Origin: Candidatus Hydrogenedentota bacterium
Lineage (GTDB): Bacteria; Hydrogenedentota; Hydrogenedentia; Hydrogenedentales; SLHB01
NCBI GenBank assembly: GCA_963745075.1
Contig: CAVUWV010000013.1
Coordinates: 32,001 to 96,000, forward strand
Length of the DNA: 64,000 bases
Direction of reading: 5' to 3'
In this document: piece after piece, positions 10,324-21,373 of the stretch
Layout of the letters: the number at the start of each line of letters is the position of its first letter
How positions within the stretch are numbered: position 1 is the stretch's first letter
The notes under the pieces: model-generated
Seen by the model: only the letters and a program-made list of their open reading frames with translations
Databases searched by the model: none
What the model was told of the DNA's origin: nothing
Made by a program: the position numbers and the translations under genes

Positions 10324-13300
10324 CTATTTGGGTCCGCTTAGCCCGTTCAGAACACGCCTGAACAACGTGTTGTTCCTTGCGCCCCCCGGCCGAACCGGAA
10401 GTCCTTCCGGAACGTGCCAATTTGCCGCCATTCCCTGCAATTCTTGAATCACACTGCGATAATCCAGCCAGCCGTACCCGCCGCAACCGAGTAAATGCCA
10501 GAAGCGGCCCAACTCGCTGTCTTCCCACTTGGGCGTCCCGCGCCGCGTAAGGGCACGGCGAATCCGTCGTTGGCTCGCGGAACCGCCCTCGGGAGCGTTC
10601 GCGGCGTATGGGGTATGGAGCACCAGGAATTGTTCGACAAGCGGCGCTACGCCCGGATCCCACGGAATCGGTGTGCGATCTTCCAGTTCCCAGTCCATCG
10701 TCCACAGCCGGACGATGCCATCCTTGCAGATCGACGCGGCAAAACGGCCGTCGAGACTTAGCCGCACGGCTTCGATGGTTTCGTTGTGTCCTTCAAACGA
10801 GTGTACCTGCTCGCCGGTCTCGATATTCCACAACCGCAACGTCATATCGCGGCTCGCAGACATGAGGTACCGGTTGTCCGCGCTGATGGAGAGTGACTGG
10901 ACGGTGTCGCCGTGGCCGTCAAAGGATCGCACGTTTTTCCCGGTGGACAGGTCCCAAAGCTTTACTTCACCCGAGCGGCCCCACATGGTGCCGCTGCCGG
11001 AACAGGCATAGAGACCGTCGAGACTGAACGCGACACAGCGGACCGGTTGTGTATGCCCTTTCATGGTCGCCAAGCATTTACCGGAGCTTAACTCCCAGAC
11101 CTGGAGGATCTTATCCTCGCCCGCAGAGAGCAGAAGGCGTTCATCCGGGCTCCATCGGACGACATTGACGTCGGCGCTGTGCCCGACGAAGGTTCCCATA
11201 CACCGCCCGGTCGCCACGTCCCAGATTCGGACGGCGCGTCCGCTTGCCGAAACGGCATATCGAATATCTGAGGTGAGATCGACCGAGTTGACCATTTCGG
11301 GTTGCCGTTCAAACGTCTGGAGGAGTTTTCCGCGGGTTGCGTCCCAGAGTTTGATATCCCATCCGCCCGTCAGCGCACGCGTGCCGTCATCGCTAAGACA
11401 GACGCTTACGACGGAACCGGCCTCGCGATCGAACGCGCATACGGTCGTTGCGCGGGAAACATCGTGAAGTGACAACGCATTTTCTTCATTCGCAACCAAC
11501 GCGTGCCGGGCGTTGGGGGTGACATAGGCAATCTTCACCGATCCGGTTTGGTGGGTCAGGCCGGTTTCTTCCCAGGCCCCTTGGAACTTCACACGCGGCA
11601 GGCGCGTATAGAGCGAACGCCACTCGTGCATAGCTTCGGGTGTGCGGCGGTGGCCCGGTTGGGACCGCGCCGTCCGCAAGTGTTTCGCCGCATCCAGAAA
11701 TTTACCGTGCGCGATCGCAGACTGCGCGTGGTGTAACGTTTCATCGAAGGCGCGGCTCGTGGATAGCGCCACCTCACTCGCGACGGCTTGGCAGATGAGC
11801 GTGGGGGCCACGATCGGCTGCGCGACTTCAGCCGTCCGCCAAAGGCGAACGGATGTATCCTCGCCGCCGGAAACGACGAATTGCCGGTCGGCGGCCATGG
11901 CGATTGCAGTGACGGCCCCCTCGTGTCCGGTGAAAGTATTCAGGCACCTTCCGGTGGTCGTTTCCCAGAAACGGACCGTTCGATCGCGGCTTCCGGAAAC
12001 GGCATATTGACCGTCGTCGCTGATGGCCGCCCCCAAAACCGGGCCCTGGTGTCCGGAACACGTGGCGAGACATTCGCCTGCGGCGGGATGCCAGAGTTTA
12101 AGCGATCCGTCCCGGCTGGCGGAGAGGGCAAAGCGTCCGTCTCGACTGAGTGTCAATGAGACGATGGCGCCGCCGTGCGCGTCGATCGCGTGGGTGCAGC
12201 GGTGTCCCGCCACGTCCCAGACGCGGATCGTGCCATCCTGATCGCCCGATATCGCGAGCAGCCCGGCGGTGTCAACGGCCAACGCAGTGACCGGTCCCCG
12301 ATGTTCCTCGAAGGTATCCACACAGGTGCCCGCTTCGATGTCCCAGACTCGGATGGTACCGTCCGAACTTGCGGACATCGCCTTTCGATCGTCGGCCACG
12401 ATGGCCGCCGCTTCAATCGAGTCGCGATGCCCTTCGAGTGTCTGAATGCATTCGCCGGTGGCAACGTCCCAGAGCCGAACGGTTCGATCCCGGCTACCGG
12501 ACAAGACGAGCGTGCCATCGGGATTGAACGCGACGCAGGTCACCGAGTTCTGGTGGCCCTCGAACGAGTTGGCGCATGCACCGGAGTTCGCGTCCCACAA
12601 TTTGAGCGTGTTATCCGCGCTCCCCGTAAGAACCCGGCTGCCGTCGCGACTGACCGCCGCCGCATTCACGGTATCTTGATGGCCTTCCAACGTTCGCATC
12701 ATGGACCGCGTTTGTGCGGAGTACTGGTTGGCGAGTGTCAGCATCGCGCCAATTTCTTTGCGCTCCTTCGCCAGGGGCTCGACGTGCTTCAACGTTTTTT
12801 GCGCCGCAGCAAAATCGCCGTGTTCCATATGAGCCAACGCCAGGGTGTAATAGGGGAGCCCATCCCCCGGGTGAAATTTCACAATCTCGTGAAGCCGCGA
12901 GAGCACTGCGTCGTCGGTCATCCGGCCCGCGCGCCAGCGTTCCATGCAGAGATTGTAGGTAGATTCCGGATGATGGGGATCGGTCGTGAGGGCCCGTTCC
13001 CAGGCGTGCTCCGCGGCAGTGATCTTGCTCAAGTCGAGCAACGATACGCCGCGGTTGTTCAGGCTGTCCGCGAGCGCCTTCGCGGGTTTGGGCCGCCGGC
13101 GGGGATAGTCCGTAGCCGAAACCTGCCGGTACGCTTCCTCCATGGTGGCTGCCACTTCGTTCATGTCTTTCGGTCGCGCTTCGGGATCGATCTGAAAACA
13201 TTGGCGTAAAAGGTTCGCGATGACCGGAGGCATGGGGAGGAGGCGCTCATTCGTCTCGATCTGCCGTAGAAAGCGTTGCAACAACTCCGGGCCTTCCGTA

Positions 13301-14193
13301 CCCCGCCGCCAGACCACCTTCACGGTAAATGCCTGAAGGACGCAAAGAGCCCAGCTCCAGATATCGGTTTTTTGGGTGAGTTTGTCCCGGTTGGCCTGTT
13401 CCGGCGAGCAGTAAATACGGGTCATGCCCAGGTTGGTGACCCGGTCGTCGGTGGAGGCTTCCCCGGCCGCGCTGGCTGCCATGACATGTGCCCGCGCGAG
13501 TCCAAAGTCCGTCACCTTGGCGGTTTCGTCTTTCGTAATGAGAACGTTGGCCGGTTTCACGTCCTGGTGGACGAGCCCCCGGTCGTGTGCGTGCTGCAGC
13601 CCCCACGCCATCTGGATTCCCATGTCGCAGATGCGTTCGAGCGCTTTCTTAGCCCCGCCTTTGTAGATGAGCCCGTCGTCAATGAATTCCCACAAAGACC
13701 CCCCGTCCACGTATTCGGCGAATACGCGGGGAATCCCGCCCAGACGGCGAACGTAGTAACAACTCACGATGTTGGGATGAAGACCGAGGCTGACCCAGGT
13801 CTCGCATTCGCGCTCGAAGTTAATCGCACCGTCGCGTTTCAACAACGTCTTTGCCTTGGGGCTTTTCACGGCCAGGGGCATGTTCCAACCGCGGTGATGC
13901 ACCTTGAACACTTTGCCCATGCCGCCCTCACCCGGAACGTCGAGAATTTCGTAGAGATTCAGGATGACGTCGCCGACTTTCCATTCCACCGGGACGCCGT
14001 CCTCGCCAACCTGTTCTTGTAGCTGAAGTTCGGCGTCCGGGGAGTGTTCGTCATCCATCGGGACGACTGTGTTGGCGTCGGCGACCACGTCGCGGCCACA
14101 CTGTGGACATTGGCCCGCTTGCCCCATGCGGGCTTCATCCACGGTGAAATGCTTCCCGCATTCGCAGGTCAGCACGAATATGCGTCGCGACAT
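10324..14193 (-). CDS. Ser/Thr protein kinase with N-terminal Zn ribbon, TPR segment and two blocks of WD40 repeats
   Basis: CECG..CPQCG; GEGGMGKV, AVKS, HQDVKPANVL, DFGLA, SPEQ; many GH...WD repeats. Confidence 0.93.
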   Translation of the reverse strand: MSRRIFVLTCECGKHFTVDEARMGQAGQCPQCGRDVVADANTVVPMDDEHSPDAELQLQEQVGEDGVPVEWKVGDVILNLYEILDVPGEGGMGKVFKVHHRGWNMPLAVKSPKAKTLLKRDGAINFERECETWVSLGLHPNIVSCYYVRRLGGIPRVFAEYVDGGSLWEFIDDGLIYKGGAKKALERICDMGIQMAWGLQHAHDRGLVHQDVKPANVLITKDETAKVTDFGLARAHVMAASAAGEASTDDRVTNLGMTRIYCSPEQANRDKLTQKTDIWSWALCVLQAFTVKVVWRRGTEGPELLQRFLRQIETNERLLPMPPVIANLLRQCFQIDPEARPKDMNEVAATMEEAYRQVSATDYPRRRPKPAKALADSLNNRGVSLLDLSKITAAEHAWERALTTDPHHPESTYNLCMERWRAGRMTDDAVLSRLHEIVKFHPGDGLPYYTLALAHMEHGDFAAAQKTLKHVEPLAKERKEIGAMLTLANQYSAQTRSMMRTLEGHQDTVNAAAVSRDGSRVLTGSADNTLKLWDANSGACANSFEGHQNSVTCVAFNPDGTLVLSGSRDRTVRLWDVATGECIQTLEGHRDSIEAAAIVADDRKAMSASSDGTIRVWDIEAGTCVDTFEEHRGPVTALAVDTAGLLAISGDQDGTIRVWDVAGHRCTHAIDAHGGAIVSLTLSRDGRFALSASRDGSLKLWHPAAGECLATCSGHQGPVLGAAISDDGQYAVSGSRDRTVRFWETTTGRCLNTFTGHEGAVTAIAMAADRQFVVSGGEDTSVRLWRTAEVAQPIVAPTLICQAVASEVALSTSRAFDETLHHAQSAIAHGKFLDAAKHLRTARSQPGHRRTPEAMHEWRSLYTRLPRVKFQGAWEETGLTHQTGSVKIAYVTPNARHALVANEENALSLHDVSRATTVCAFDREAGSVVSVCLSDDGTRALTGGWDIKLWDATRGKLLQTFERQPEMVNSVDLTSDIRYAVSASGRAVRIWDVATGRCMGTFVGHSADVNVVRWSPDERLLLSAGEDKILQVWELSSGKCLATMKGHTQPVRCVAFSLDGLYACSGSGTMWGRSGEVKLWDLSTGKNVRSFDGHGDTVQSLSISADNRYLMSASRDMTLRLWNIETGEQVHSFEGHNETIEAVRLSLDGRFAASICKDGIVRLWTMDWELEDRTPIPWDPGVAPLVEQFLVLHTPYAANAPEGGSASQRRIRRALTRRGTPKWEDSELGRFWHLLGCGGYGWLDYRSVIQELQGMAANWHVPEGLPVRPGGARNNTLFRRVLNGLSGPK

Positions 14194-14310
14194 GGGTACC
14201 TCAAAAACACGTTAACTTGCGCCCAATCCACTTGAGATTGGCCAGGTAGCCTTGCGGGAACCAGCTCAGGAGAATCCCAGAAGATGCGGCGCAATTAGTA
14301 TACCAAGAGC

Positions 14311-15039
14311 GTGTCGGATTCGGTAACTCGCCTCGGCTTGCGCTTGGTGCGCGAGCCGGCGACAATACCCCGCGTGTTTACAAGCTCGAAATCCGAGGGT
14401 CAAGAAACAATCGCGCAAACCGCCCCATTCTTCGTTGCGATTGGCGGGGCCTCATGCTCGGGAAAGACCTTGCTCGCAGGAACGGTGGCCGCGACGTTGC
14501 CCAAGGAGTCCTGTACCATCCTGTCATTGGATTGGTTCTACCGGGATCGGTCTCACCAGCCTGTTGCCGAACGAGCAACCGCCAATTTTGACGAGCCGGA
14601 CGCGCTGGAATGGCCGCTGATTCGATCCCAAATTGAATCGCTCGCACGTCGCGAATCCATTCGAGTACCCGAGTATGATTTCGCTACCCACGCACGAACG
14701 CGACGGACCCGTTTGCTCGCGCCGAAATCCGTCGTAGTGATTGAGGGGTTACTCGCGCTCTACGATCCGGAGGTTCGAGGCCTTTGCGATCTCCTCGTAT
14801 TTGTCGAAGCGCCGTCGGTTGTGATGTTGGAACGGCGCATCGCGCGGGACGTACGCGAACGGGGACGAACGCGCGAATGTGTGGCACGCCAGTACACGTC
14901 CCAGGTGCTCCCCATGGCGAAAACGTATGTATTGCCGACCCGAGCCTACGCCGGCATCATCGTGGACGGTACCGAGCCGGTTGAGAAGTCGGCCCGGCGC
15001 GTTGCGGAACGGATTCTCGCCGCAGGTCCCGCGTTGTGA
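14311..15039 (+). CDS. udk: uridine kinase
   Basis: P-loop GGASCSGKT, NFDEPDAL, YDFATH, IEGLL, RRIARDVRERGR; start position uncertain. Confidence 0.88.
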   Translation: MSDSVTRLGLRLVREPATIPRVFTSSKSEGQETIAQTAPFFVAIGGASCSGKTLLAGTVAATLPKESCTILSLDWFYRDRSHQPVAERATANFDEPDALEWPLIRSQIESLARRESIRVPEYDFATHARTRRTRLLAPKSVVVIEGLLALYDPEVRGLCDLLVFVEAPSVVMLERRIARDVRERGRTRECVARQYTSQVLPMAKTYVLPTRAYAGIIVDGTEPVEKSARRVAERILAAGPAL

Positions 15040-15061
15040 TTCGATAGGGAGACGGGAAACG

Positions 15062-15988
15062 CTACCGATTGAAGGCCTCAAGAACCGGTGTCGCGATCCA
15101 GGCTGGGGGAGGCGTCACGTTCAGCAAATAGGCGATCGTGGCAGCGGTCTGATACGTATAAACGGGATTCACAATCTCGTGGTTCTCGACGACTCCGGGC
15201 CCCGCTACCATCCAAGGGATTTCGATTTCCTCCATGGTGGCGCCGCCGTGGTGGGTTCCTTTGCCGCCATGGTCGGATGTGACGAGTAGAATGGTCGATT
15301 TGCTTGCACCGGATTCGTCGATCGCTTTCTCGATTGCTCCGACGTATCGGTCGGCTTCTTCCACCGCCCGAAGATACTCCGGCGAACCCCAGCCATGTCC
15401 GTGGCCCGCGTGATCGACGTGGTCCAGGTGAATGAACGTCAAGGCCGGTTTGTGCTCAACGATGTATTCCGCGGCCCGTTGGGTCGTCACGTTGGGTCCT
15501 TTGGTGTCCGCACTCCAATCGACCGCATCGTGCTCGAAGAGACGTCCGAACCCGCTCCAATCGTAAAACACCGCGAGATGCGACTTCGGTCGTTGCTCGC
15601 GAAGCGCACTGAAGATGGTGGGAAAGATTCCGCCCGGACCAACCGCTACCGGTGCGATATCGAACTGGTCTGGTTGCCAATCGTTGGAGGTGACGCCGTG
15701 CTGTTCCGGGCCGGCGCCCATGATCATCGAAGCCCAGTTCGGGCTGCTGCTCGTGGGCATTACGGCGCGGGCCGTCATCGTATATGCGCCCCGCGCCATC
15801 ATCGCATCGAGGTTCGGCGTCGACGCCGCGCGTATGCCTGCCGGGCTCATGCCATCAACGCCGACCACGACGACGTGTTTAACGCGAGGTGTTCCCGCGC
15901 TTGCGGCGCCGATACCGAGGGCGAGTGCGGTGATCACCAGGATTGCCACCGGAGCCGTCATCATTCGAGGGATTCGCGTACGCACCAT
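15062..15988 (-). CDS. alkaline phosphatase / nucleotide pyrophosphatase superfamily protein, exported
   Basis: GVDGM, PTSSSPNWASM, DHVDHAGH and TSDHGG metal-binding motifs; signal peptide. Confidence 0.88.
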   Translation of the reverse strand: MVRTRIPRMMTAPVAILVITALALGIGAASAGTPRVKHVVVVGVDGMSPAGIRAASTPNLDAMMARGAYTMTARAVMPTSSSPNWASMIMGAGPEQHGVTSNDWQPDQFDIAPVAVGPGGIFPTIFSALREQRPKSHLAVFYDWSGFGRLFEHDAVDWSADTKGPNVTTQRAAEYIVEHKPALTFIHLDHVDHAGHGHGWGSPEYLRAVEEADRYVGAIEKAIDESGASKSTILLVTSDHGGKGTHHGGATMEEIEIPWMVAGPGVVENHEIVNPVYTYQTAATIAYLLNVTPPPAWIATPVLEAFNR

Positions 15989-16054
15989 TCGGAGCCTCGT
16001 TTCCTTTACAGCGGACGCTGCCTTTCCGAAATCGCTGTAGGTGGTCGGCGCCGG

Positions 16055-17329
16055 CTAGTTTACAAATTTGAGCAAGTGGTAGTTTCGTTTTCCAGTGCGC
16101 GCTATGGCGATGCGTTCACCGCACAGCGATTGCTCGGTCAGTTTGACGTTGTCACTGGTGACGCGCTCGTTATTCAGATACAGGCCCCCGTTTTGAATGA
16201 GCCGCCGGGCTTCCCCTTTGCTCTTGAAGACGCCACACTCGACAAAAACGTCGACCAACAACTTTTCCTCACCTAGTACGCTCCGGTTCAACTCCGCAGT
16301 CGGGACTTCGCTAAATACGTCTTCGATCGTCGCATCGTCCAGACCAGCCAGCGAACCGCCGAACATGGCGTCGGTCGCCTTTTTCGCGTTGGCAAGGGCT
16401 TCCTCGCCATGGACCATGCGCGTGACCTCTTCCGCGAGCCGTCGTTGGGCCGCTCGTTTCTCTGGGGACTGCGCGATCTCCGCCTCCAAGCCCTCGATTT
16501 CCTCGCGCGGGAGGAAGGTAAAGGTCCGGAGCCACTTGGGCGTCTCGGCATCGGTCTGATTGATCCAGAACTGGTAAAACTTGTACGGCGACGTTCGTTT
16601 GGCATCGAGCCATACCGCCCCTGATTCGGTCTTACCGAACTTGGTCCCGTCCGCCTTCGTGACCAGAGGCCACGTCAGCCCGAAGGCCTCGTCGTTCCGG
16701 AGCCGCCGGATCAGGTCCATGCCGGAAACGATGTTGCCCCATTGATCGCTGCCGCCTACCTGCAATTTGCAGCCGTATGTATCGTACAAGTGAAGAAAGT
16801 CGTAGGCCTGAAGCAGCATGTACGAAAACTCGGTGTAGCTGATGCCGTGATCGCGGTCTTCCAGCCGCGCGCGGACAGACTCGCGCGCGACCATCGCATT
16901 CACCGAGAAGAGTTTGCCGATGTCGCGCAAGAAGTCGACGAGCGTAAGTTCGCCAAGCCAATCTGCATTATTGACCAGGACCGCCCCGCCATCCGTCGCG
17001 AAATCCAGAAACCGCGTCAATTGCAGTCGGATTCCCTCGGTGTACTGCGCGAGGGTATCCGAATTCAAGAGCTTTCGCTCTTCAGACTTGAAGCTGGGGT
17101 CACCCACCATCCCCGTCGCGCCGCCGACCAGTGCGACGGGGCGATGCCCAGCCCGTTGGAAATGCATGAGCCCCACGATGGCCATGAGATGCCCTATGTG
17201 GAGACTGTCTGCCGTGGGATCGAATCCGGCATACACGACGAACCGATCTTTTTGAAGCCGCTCGGCCAACTCGGGATGCGTGACTTGATTGACCAAGCCG
17301 CGCCAACTGAGTTCATCAAACAAATCCAT
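16055..17329 (-). CDS. tyrS: tyrosine--tRNA ligase
   Basis: GFDPTADSLHIGH, QVGGSDQWGN, KFGKT, C-terminal S4 domain; start at MDLFDELSWRG. Confidence 0.97.
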   Translation of the reverse strand: MDLFDELSWRGLVNQVTHPELAERLQKDRFVVYAGFDPTADSLHIGHLMAIVGLMHFQRAGHRPVALVGGATGMVGDPSFKSEERKLLNSDTLAQYTEGIRLQLTRFLDFATDGGAVLVNNADWLGELTLVDFLRDIGKLFSVNAMVARESVRARLEDRDHGISYTEFSYMLLQAYDFLHLYDTYGCKLQVGGSDQWGNIVSGMDLIRRLRNDEAFGLTWPLVTKADGTKFGKTESGAVWLDAKRTSPYKFYQFWINQTDAETPKWLRTFTFLPREEIEGLEAEIAQSPEKRAAQRRLAEEVTRMVHGEEALANAKKATDAMFGGSLAGLDDATIEDVFSEVPTAELNRSVLGEEKLLVDVFVECGVFKSKGEARRLIQNGGLYLNNERVTSDNVKLTEQSLCGERIAIARTGKRNYHLLKFVN

Positions 17330-17637
17330 TGCGAATCTCCAACAGAGGTGTAGTGCCTGCTGCGAACCTGCGACAACCGGTCTGCCTGGCTGGGCTCCCC
17401 ACGAGGGCCGGCGGGCACGGGAAGAGAAACCGAAGGTGAGTGTCAGAGAGCGACATAGGCGCCGCAGACGCGCGAAACGCCTACGGGGATCCCTCGCACG
17501 GTCAATGTTCGCTTCTGAATCATGGCGGAATTCTAACAAACGGATGGACGAGGGTCAACGAAACAGCGTAAAATGAAGGGCTTGGGCAGAAATCCGGAGG
17601 CCGGTGGAGACGGCTGGAAGGGACGGCTCTGAACTGC

Positions 17638-17667
17638 TTGACACCGGTCCTAAACCTTTGCTATATT
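17638..17667 (+). promoter_or_regulatory. sigma70 promoter of the tRNA-tuf operon
   Basis: TTGACA-18 bp-TATATT with a TG extension, about 50 bp upstream of the first tRNA. Confidence 0.65.
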
Positions 17668-17714
17668 TTGCAAAAGCCGCCCTTCCGGGGCGGTTGACTT
17701 TTTTCTTGGGCGCC

Positions 17715-17790
17715 GCTGGCGTAGCTCAGTTGGTAGAGCAACGGATTTGTAATCCGTGGGTCGGGGGTTCGACTCCCTTCGCCAGCTCCA
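17715..17790 (+). tRNA. tRNA-Thr(TGT)
   Basis: Cloverleaf; anticodon arm ACGGA-TT-TGT-AA-TCCGT; encoded CCA. Confidence 0.97.
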
Positions 17791-17837
17791 CTTTACCAAA
17801 CTGGATTGGCATGGCTGAACGTTAAGCTTTTGCTTGT

Positions 17838-17923
17838 GGTGGGATGCCCGAGTGGCTAAAGGGGGCGGGCTGTAAACCCGCTGGCTTGCGCCTACGTAGG
17901 TTCGAATCCTACTCCCACCACCA
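17838..17923 (+). tRNA. tRNA-Tyr(GTA)
   Basis: GCGGG-CT-GTA-AA-CCCGC, long variable arm, encoded CCA. Confidence 0.97.
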
Positions 17924-17956
17924 TTTACTATAGATAGATTTGAAGCGAATATCCGG

Positions 17957-18033
17957 GCGGGAATAGCTCAGTTGGCTAGAGCATCAGCCTTCCAAGCTGA
18001 GGGTCGCGGGTTCGAATCCCGTTTCCCGCTCCA
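17957..18033 (+). tRNA. tRNA-Gly(TCC)
   Basis: TCAGC-CT-TCC-AA-GCTGA, encoded CCA. Confidence 0.97.
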
Positions 18034-18052
18034 TATAAATTTGATATACCGG

Positions 18053-18128
18053 GCCCGCGTAGCTCAGTTGGTAGAGCACCTCCATGGTAAGGAGGGGGTC
18101 AACAGTTCGATTCTGTTCGTGGGCTCCA
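18053..18128 (+). tRNA. tRNA-Thr(GGT)
   Basis: CCTCC-AT-GGT-AA-GGAGG, encoded CCA. Confidence 0.96.
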
Positions 18129-18245
18129 CTTTTTCCATAGTTTTTATATCGAATGGCATATCCGGGAAGTGCCGCCGATTCGCGGCGGTGCGACGGCAGG
18201 TGTCGGACAGACACGGTAACTTCGTGAGGGAGGTTTGAGAGAACC

Positions 18246-19437
<1,192 letters not shown>

Positions 19438-19565
19438 CGTAACCAACCAACGGTTGGCCGTTACGAAATTGAAAAACAGCCCGTCGAAACGGTATGCTAG
19501 CACGCATTTTGTGTGCAGGGCCGTTTCGCGTTTCGAACTATCGACGGCAACAGGGTTTACACTGC

Positions 19566-19642
19566 AGGACTGTAGCTCAACTGGCTAGAGCAGCGGCCTC
19601 CAAAGCCGAAGGTTGGGGGTTCGAGTCCCTCCAGTCCTGCCA
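19566..19642 (+). tRNA. tRNA-Trp(CCA)
   Basis: GCGGC-CT-CCA-AA-GCCGA anticodon arm; standard position before secE; encoded CCA. Confidence 0.96.
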
Positions 19643-19676
19643 TTTTTTATATTAAGGGTAAGTGTGTTGAAACACC

Positions 19677-19946
19677 ATGGCCAAACAAGCGACCGCAGTA
19701 AGGAGACCCATGGCTAAGCAATCGCCCGCGGCTACAGGGGCGTCTGAACCGGGCATGATCGCCCGGATCCAGCAGTTCTTCCAGGAAGTCATGGTTGAAA
19801 TGAGCAAAGTATCATGGCCTTCGAAGGACGAGCTTAAAGCCCATACGTCGATCGTGATGGTGACGCTGCTGATTCTCGCGGCCATTATCGGTCTGTATGA
19901 CTGGGTGTTCCTGCGCGCAATTCAGTTGCTGCTGCTGTTGGGATAG
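19677..19946 (+). CDS. secE: preprotein translocase subunit SecE
   Basis: EMSKVSWPSKDEL motif plus TM helix; conserved synteny. Confidence 0.95.
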   Translation: MAKQATAVRRPMAKQSPAATGASEPGMIARIQQFFQEVMVEMSKVSWPSKDELKAHTSIVMVTLLILAAIIGLYDWVFLRAIQLLLLLG

Positions 19947-19958
19947 GGAACAACGAAC

Positions 19959-20759
19959 GTGACGACGGAAGAAACACCCGAAGAAGTGCACGAGACCCCG
20001 GAGGTAGCCGATCCGGAGGCCGAGGAAGCGCCGGAAGCAGCCGAAGCGCCGGACACGGCCGGCGTTGTGGAGGAATCCGCTACGTCTGAGCCGTCCGAGG
20101 CTGCCGAGGCGTCCGAAGCATCCGAGACCCCGGAAGCGGAGGAGCCTGTCGAATCGTCCGAATCTGCGGAGACGGACGACGAAGAATCTCCGGAGCCGGC
20201 GAAGAAGGATGACGGGATTAAGCGCCGGTGGTATGCCCTGCACGCATACTCAGGCCAGGAAGCGAACGTCAAGAAGAATATCTTGATCCACGCCGAGCAA
20301 GGCGGTCTTCAGGACGTCATTGGCGACGTGTTGGTGCCCATGGAAGAGGTTGCCGAGATCAAGTCCGGTGAGAAGAAGATTTCCAAGCGGAAATTTTTCC
20401 CGGGCTATGTGTTAATTCAGTTGCCCGCGCATCCGGAGCGCAATCCGGAACTGTGGCACCTGATCAAGGAAACGCCGGGCGTCAGCGGGTTCATTGGCTC
20501 CCGGACCGTCCCGGTTCCCCTGGAAGACGGGGAGGTTGAGGCAATTCTCGAGGAACTCCGCGGAGAACGCGAGCGGCCGAAACCGAAAGTCAAATTCGAG
20601 CACGGCGAGCGGGTCAAAATCATTGACGGGCCGTTCTCGAATTTCCTGGGTAATATTGATGAGATTAACGCCGAACGCGGCACGCTCAAGGTGATGGTGG
20701 AAATCTTCGAGCGCCTCACCAGCGTCGAAGTCGAGTTCTGGCAAGTTGAGAAAATGTAA
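19959..20759 (+). CDS. nusG: transcription factor NusG with an acidic N-terminal extension
   Basis: WYALHAYSGQE, FFPGYVLI, KOW domain IIDGPF; conserved synteny. Confidence 0.96.
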   Translation: MTTEETPEEVHETPEVADPEAEEAPEAAEAPDTAGVVEESATSEPSEAAEASEASETPEAEEPVESSESAETDDEESPEPAKKDDGIKRRWYALHAYSGQEANVKKNILIHAEQGGLQDVIGDVLVPMEEVAEIKSGEKKISKRKFFPGYVLIQLPAHPERNPELWHLIKETPGVSGFIGSRTVPVPLEDGEVEAILEELRGERERPKPKVKFEHGERVKIIDGPFSNFLGNIDEINAERGTLKVMVEIFERLTSVEVEFWQVEKM

Positions 20760-20807
20760 CGCGGCCCCACGGGCCATATCACGGTAGAGGACAAACGGAG
20801 CACTATC

Positions 20808-21254
20808 ATGGGTAAGCCAGCCAAAGGCAAGGGCCGGAACGTCATGGCACAGATTAAGTTGCAGTGCCCTGCCGGCCAGGCCAATCCGGCCCCGCCGGTC
20901 GGTCCGGCATTGGGCCAGCACGGGGTCCAAATTATGGACTTCTGCAAGCAGTTCAATGAACGCACGAAAGATCAGCAGGGCCTGATCATTCCGGTCGTTA
21001 TTACGGTCTTCGAGGATCGGTCGTTCACGTTCATCACCAAGAGCCCGCCCGCGGCGGTGTTGCTCAAGCGTGCGGCCAAGCTGGCGAAGGCGTCCGGTGA
21101 ACCAAACAAAACCAAGGTGGGTTCGGTCACCAAGGCCCAACTCAAGGAAATTGCCGAGTTGAAGCAGGCGGACCTGAACGCCGCGTCTGTCGAAGCCGCC
21201 ATGCGCATGATTGCGGGTACCGCCCGCAGCATGGGATTGACGGTCGAAGTCTGA
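20808..21254 (+). CDS. rplK: 50S ribosomal protein L11
   Basis: [26 protein letters not shown]. Confidence 0.98.
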   Translation: MGKPAKGKGRNVMAQIKLQCPAGQANPAPPVGPALGQHGVQIMDFCKQFNERTKDQQGLIIPVVITVFEDRSFTFITKSPPAAVLLKRAAKLAKASGEPNKTKVGSVTKAQLKEIAELKQADLNAASVEAAMRMIAGTARSMGLTVEV

Positions 21255-21328
21255 TCGTATTGTTGATGCTGGCGCACCCGGCCCGGGCGCGCCGGTTGGA
21301 GGATGACCGGGATTTGTTCCGGTCTTGA

Positions 21329-21360
21329 TGTGGGAGGGCCGTAGGCCCGTCGGAACCACA
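21329..21360 (+). promoter_or_regulatory. putative L1 autoregulatory mRNA binding site
   Basis: TGTGG-GAG-GGCC-GTA-GGCC-CGTCGGAA-CCACA, a two-helix/internal-loop structure abutting the rplA SD, resembling L1 sites found between rplK and rplA in other phyla. Confidence 0.6.
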
Positions 21361-21373
21361 GGAGATTCGAATC

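Noticed and set aside
17330..17560. Possible T-box riboswitch upstream of tyrS
   Set aside because: No GGTGGNACC T-box consensus or terminator found on the minus strand.
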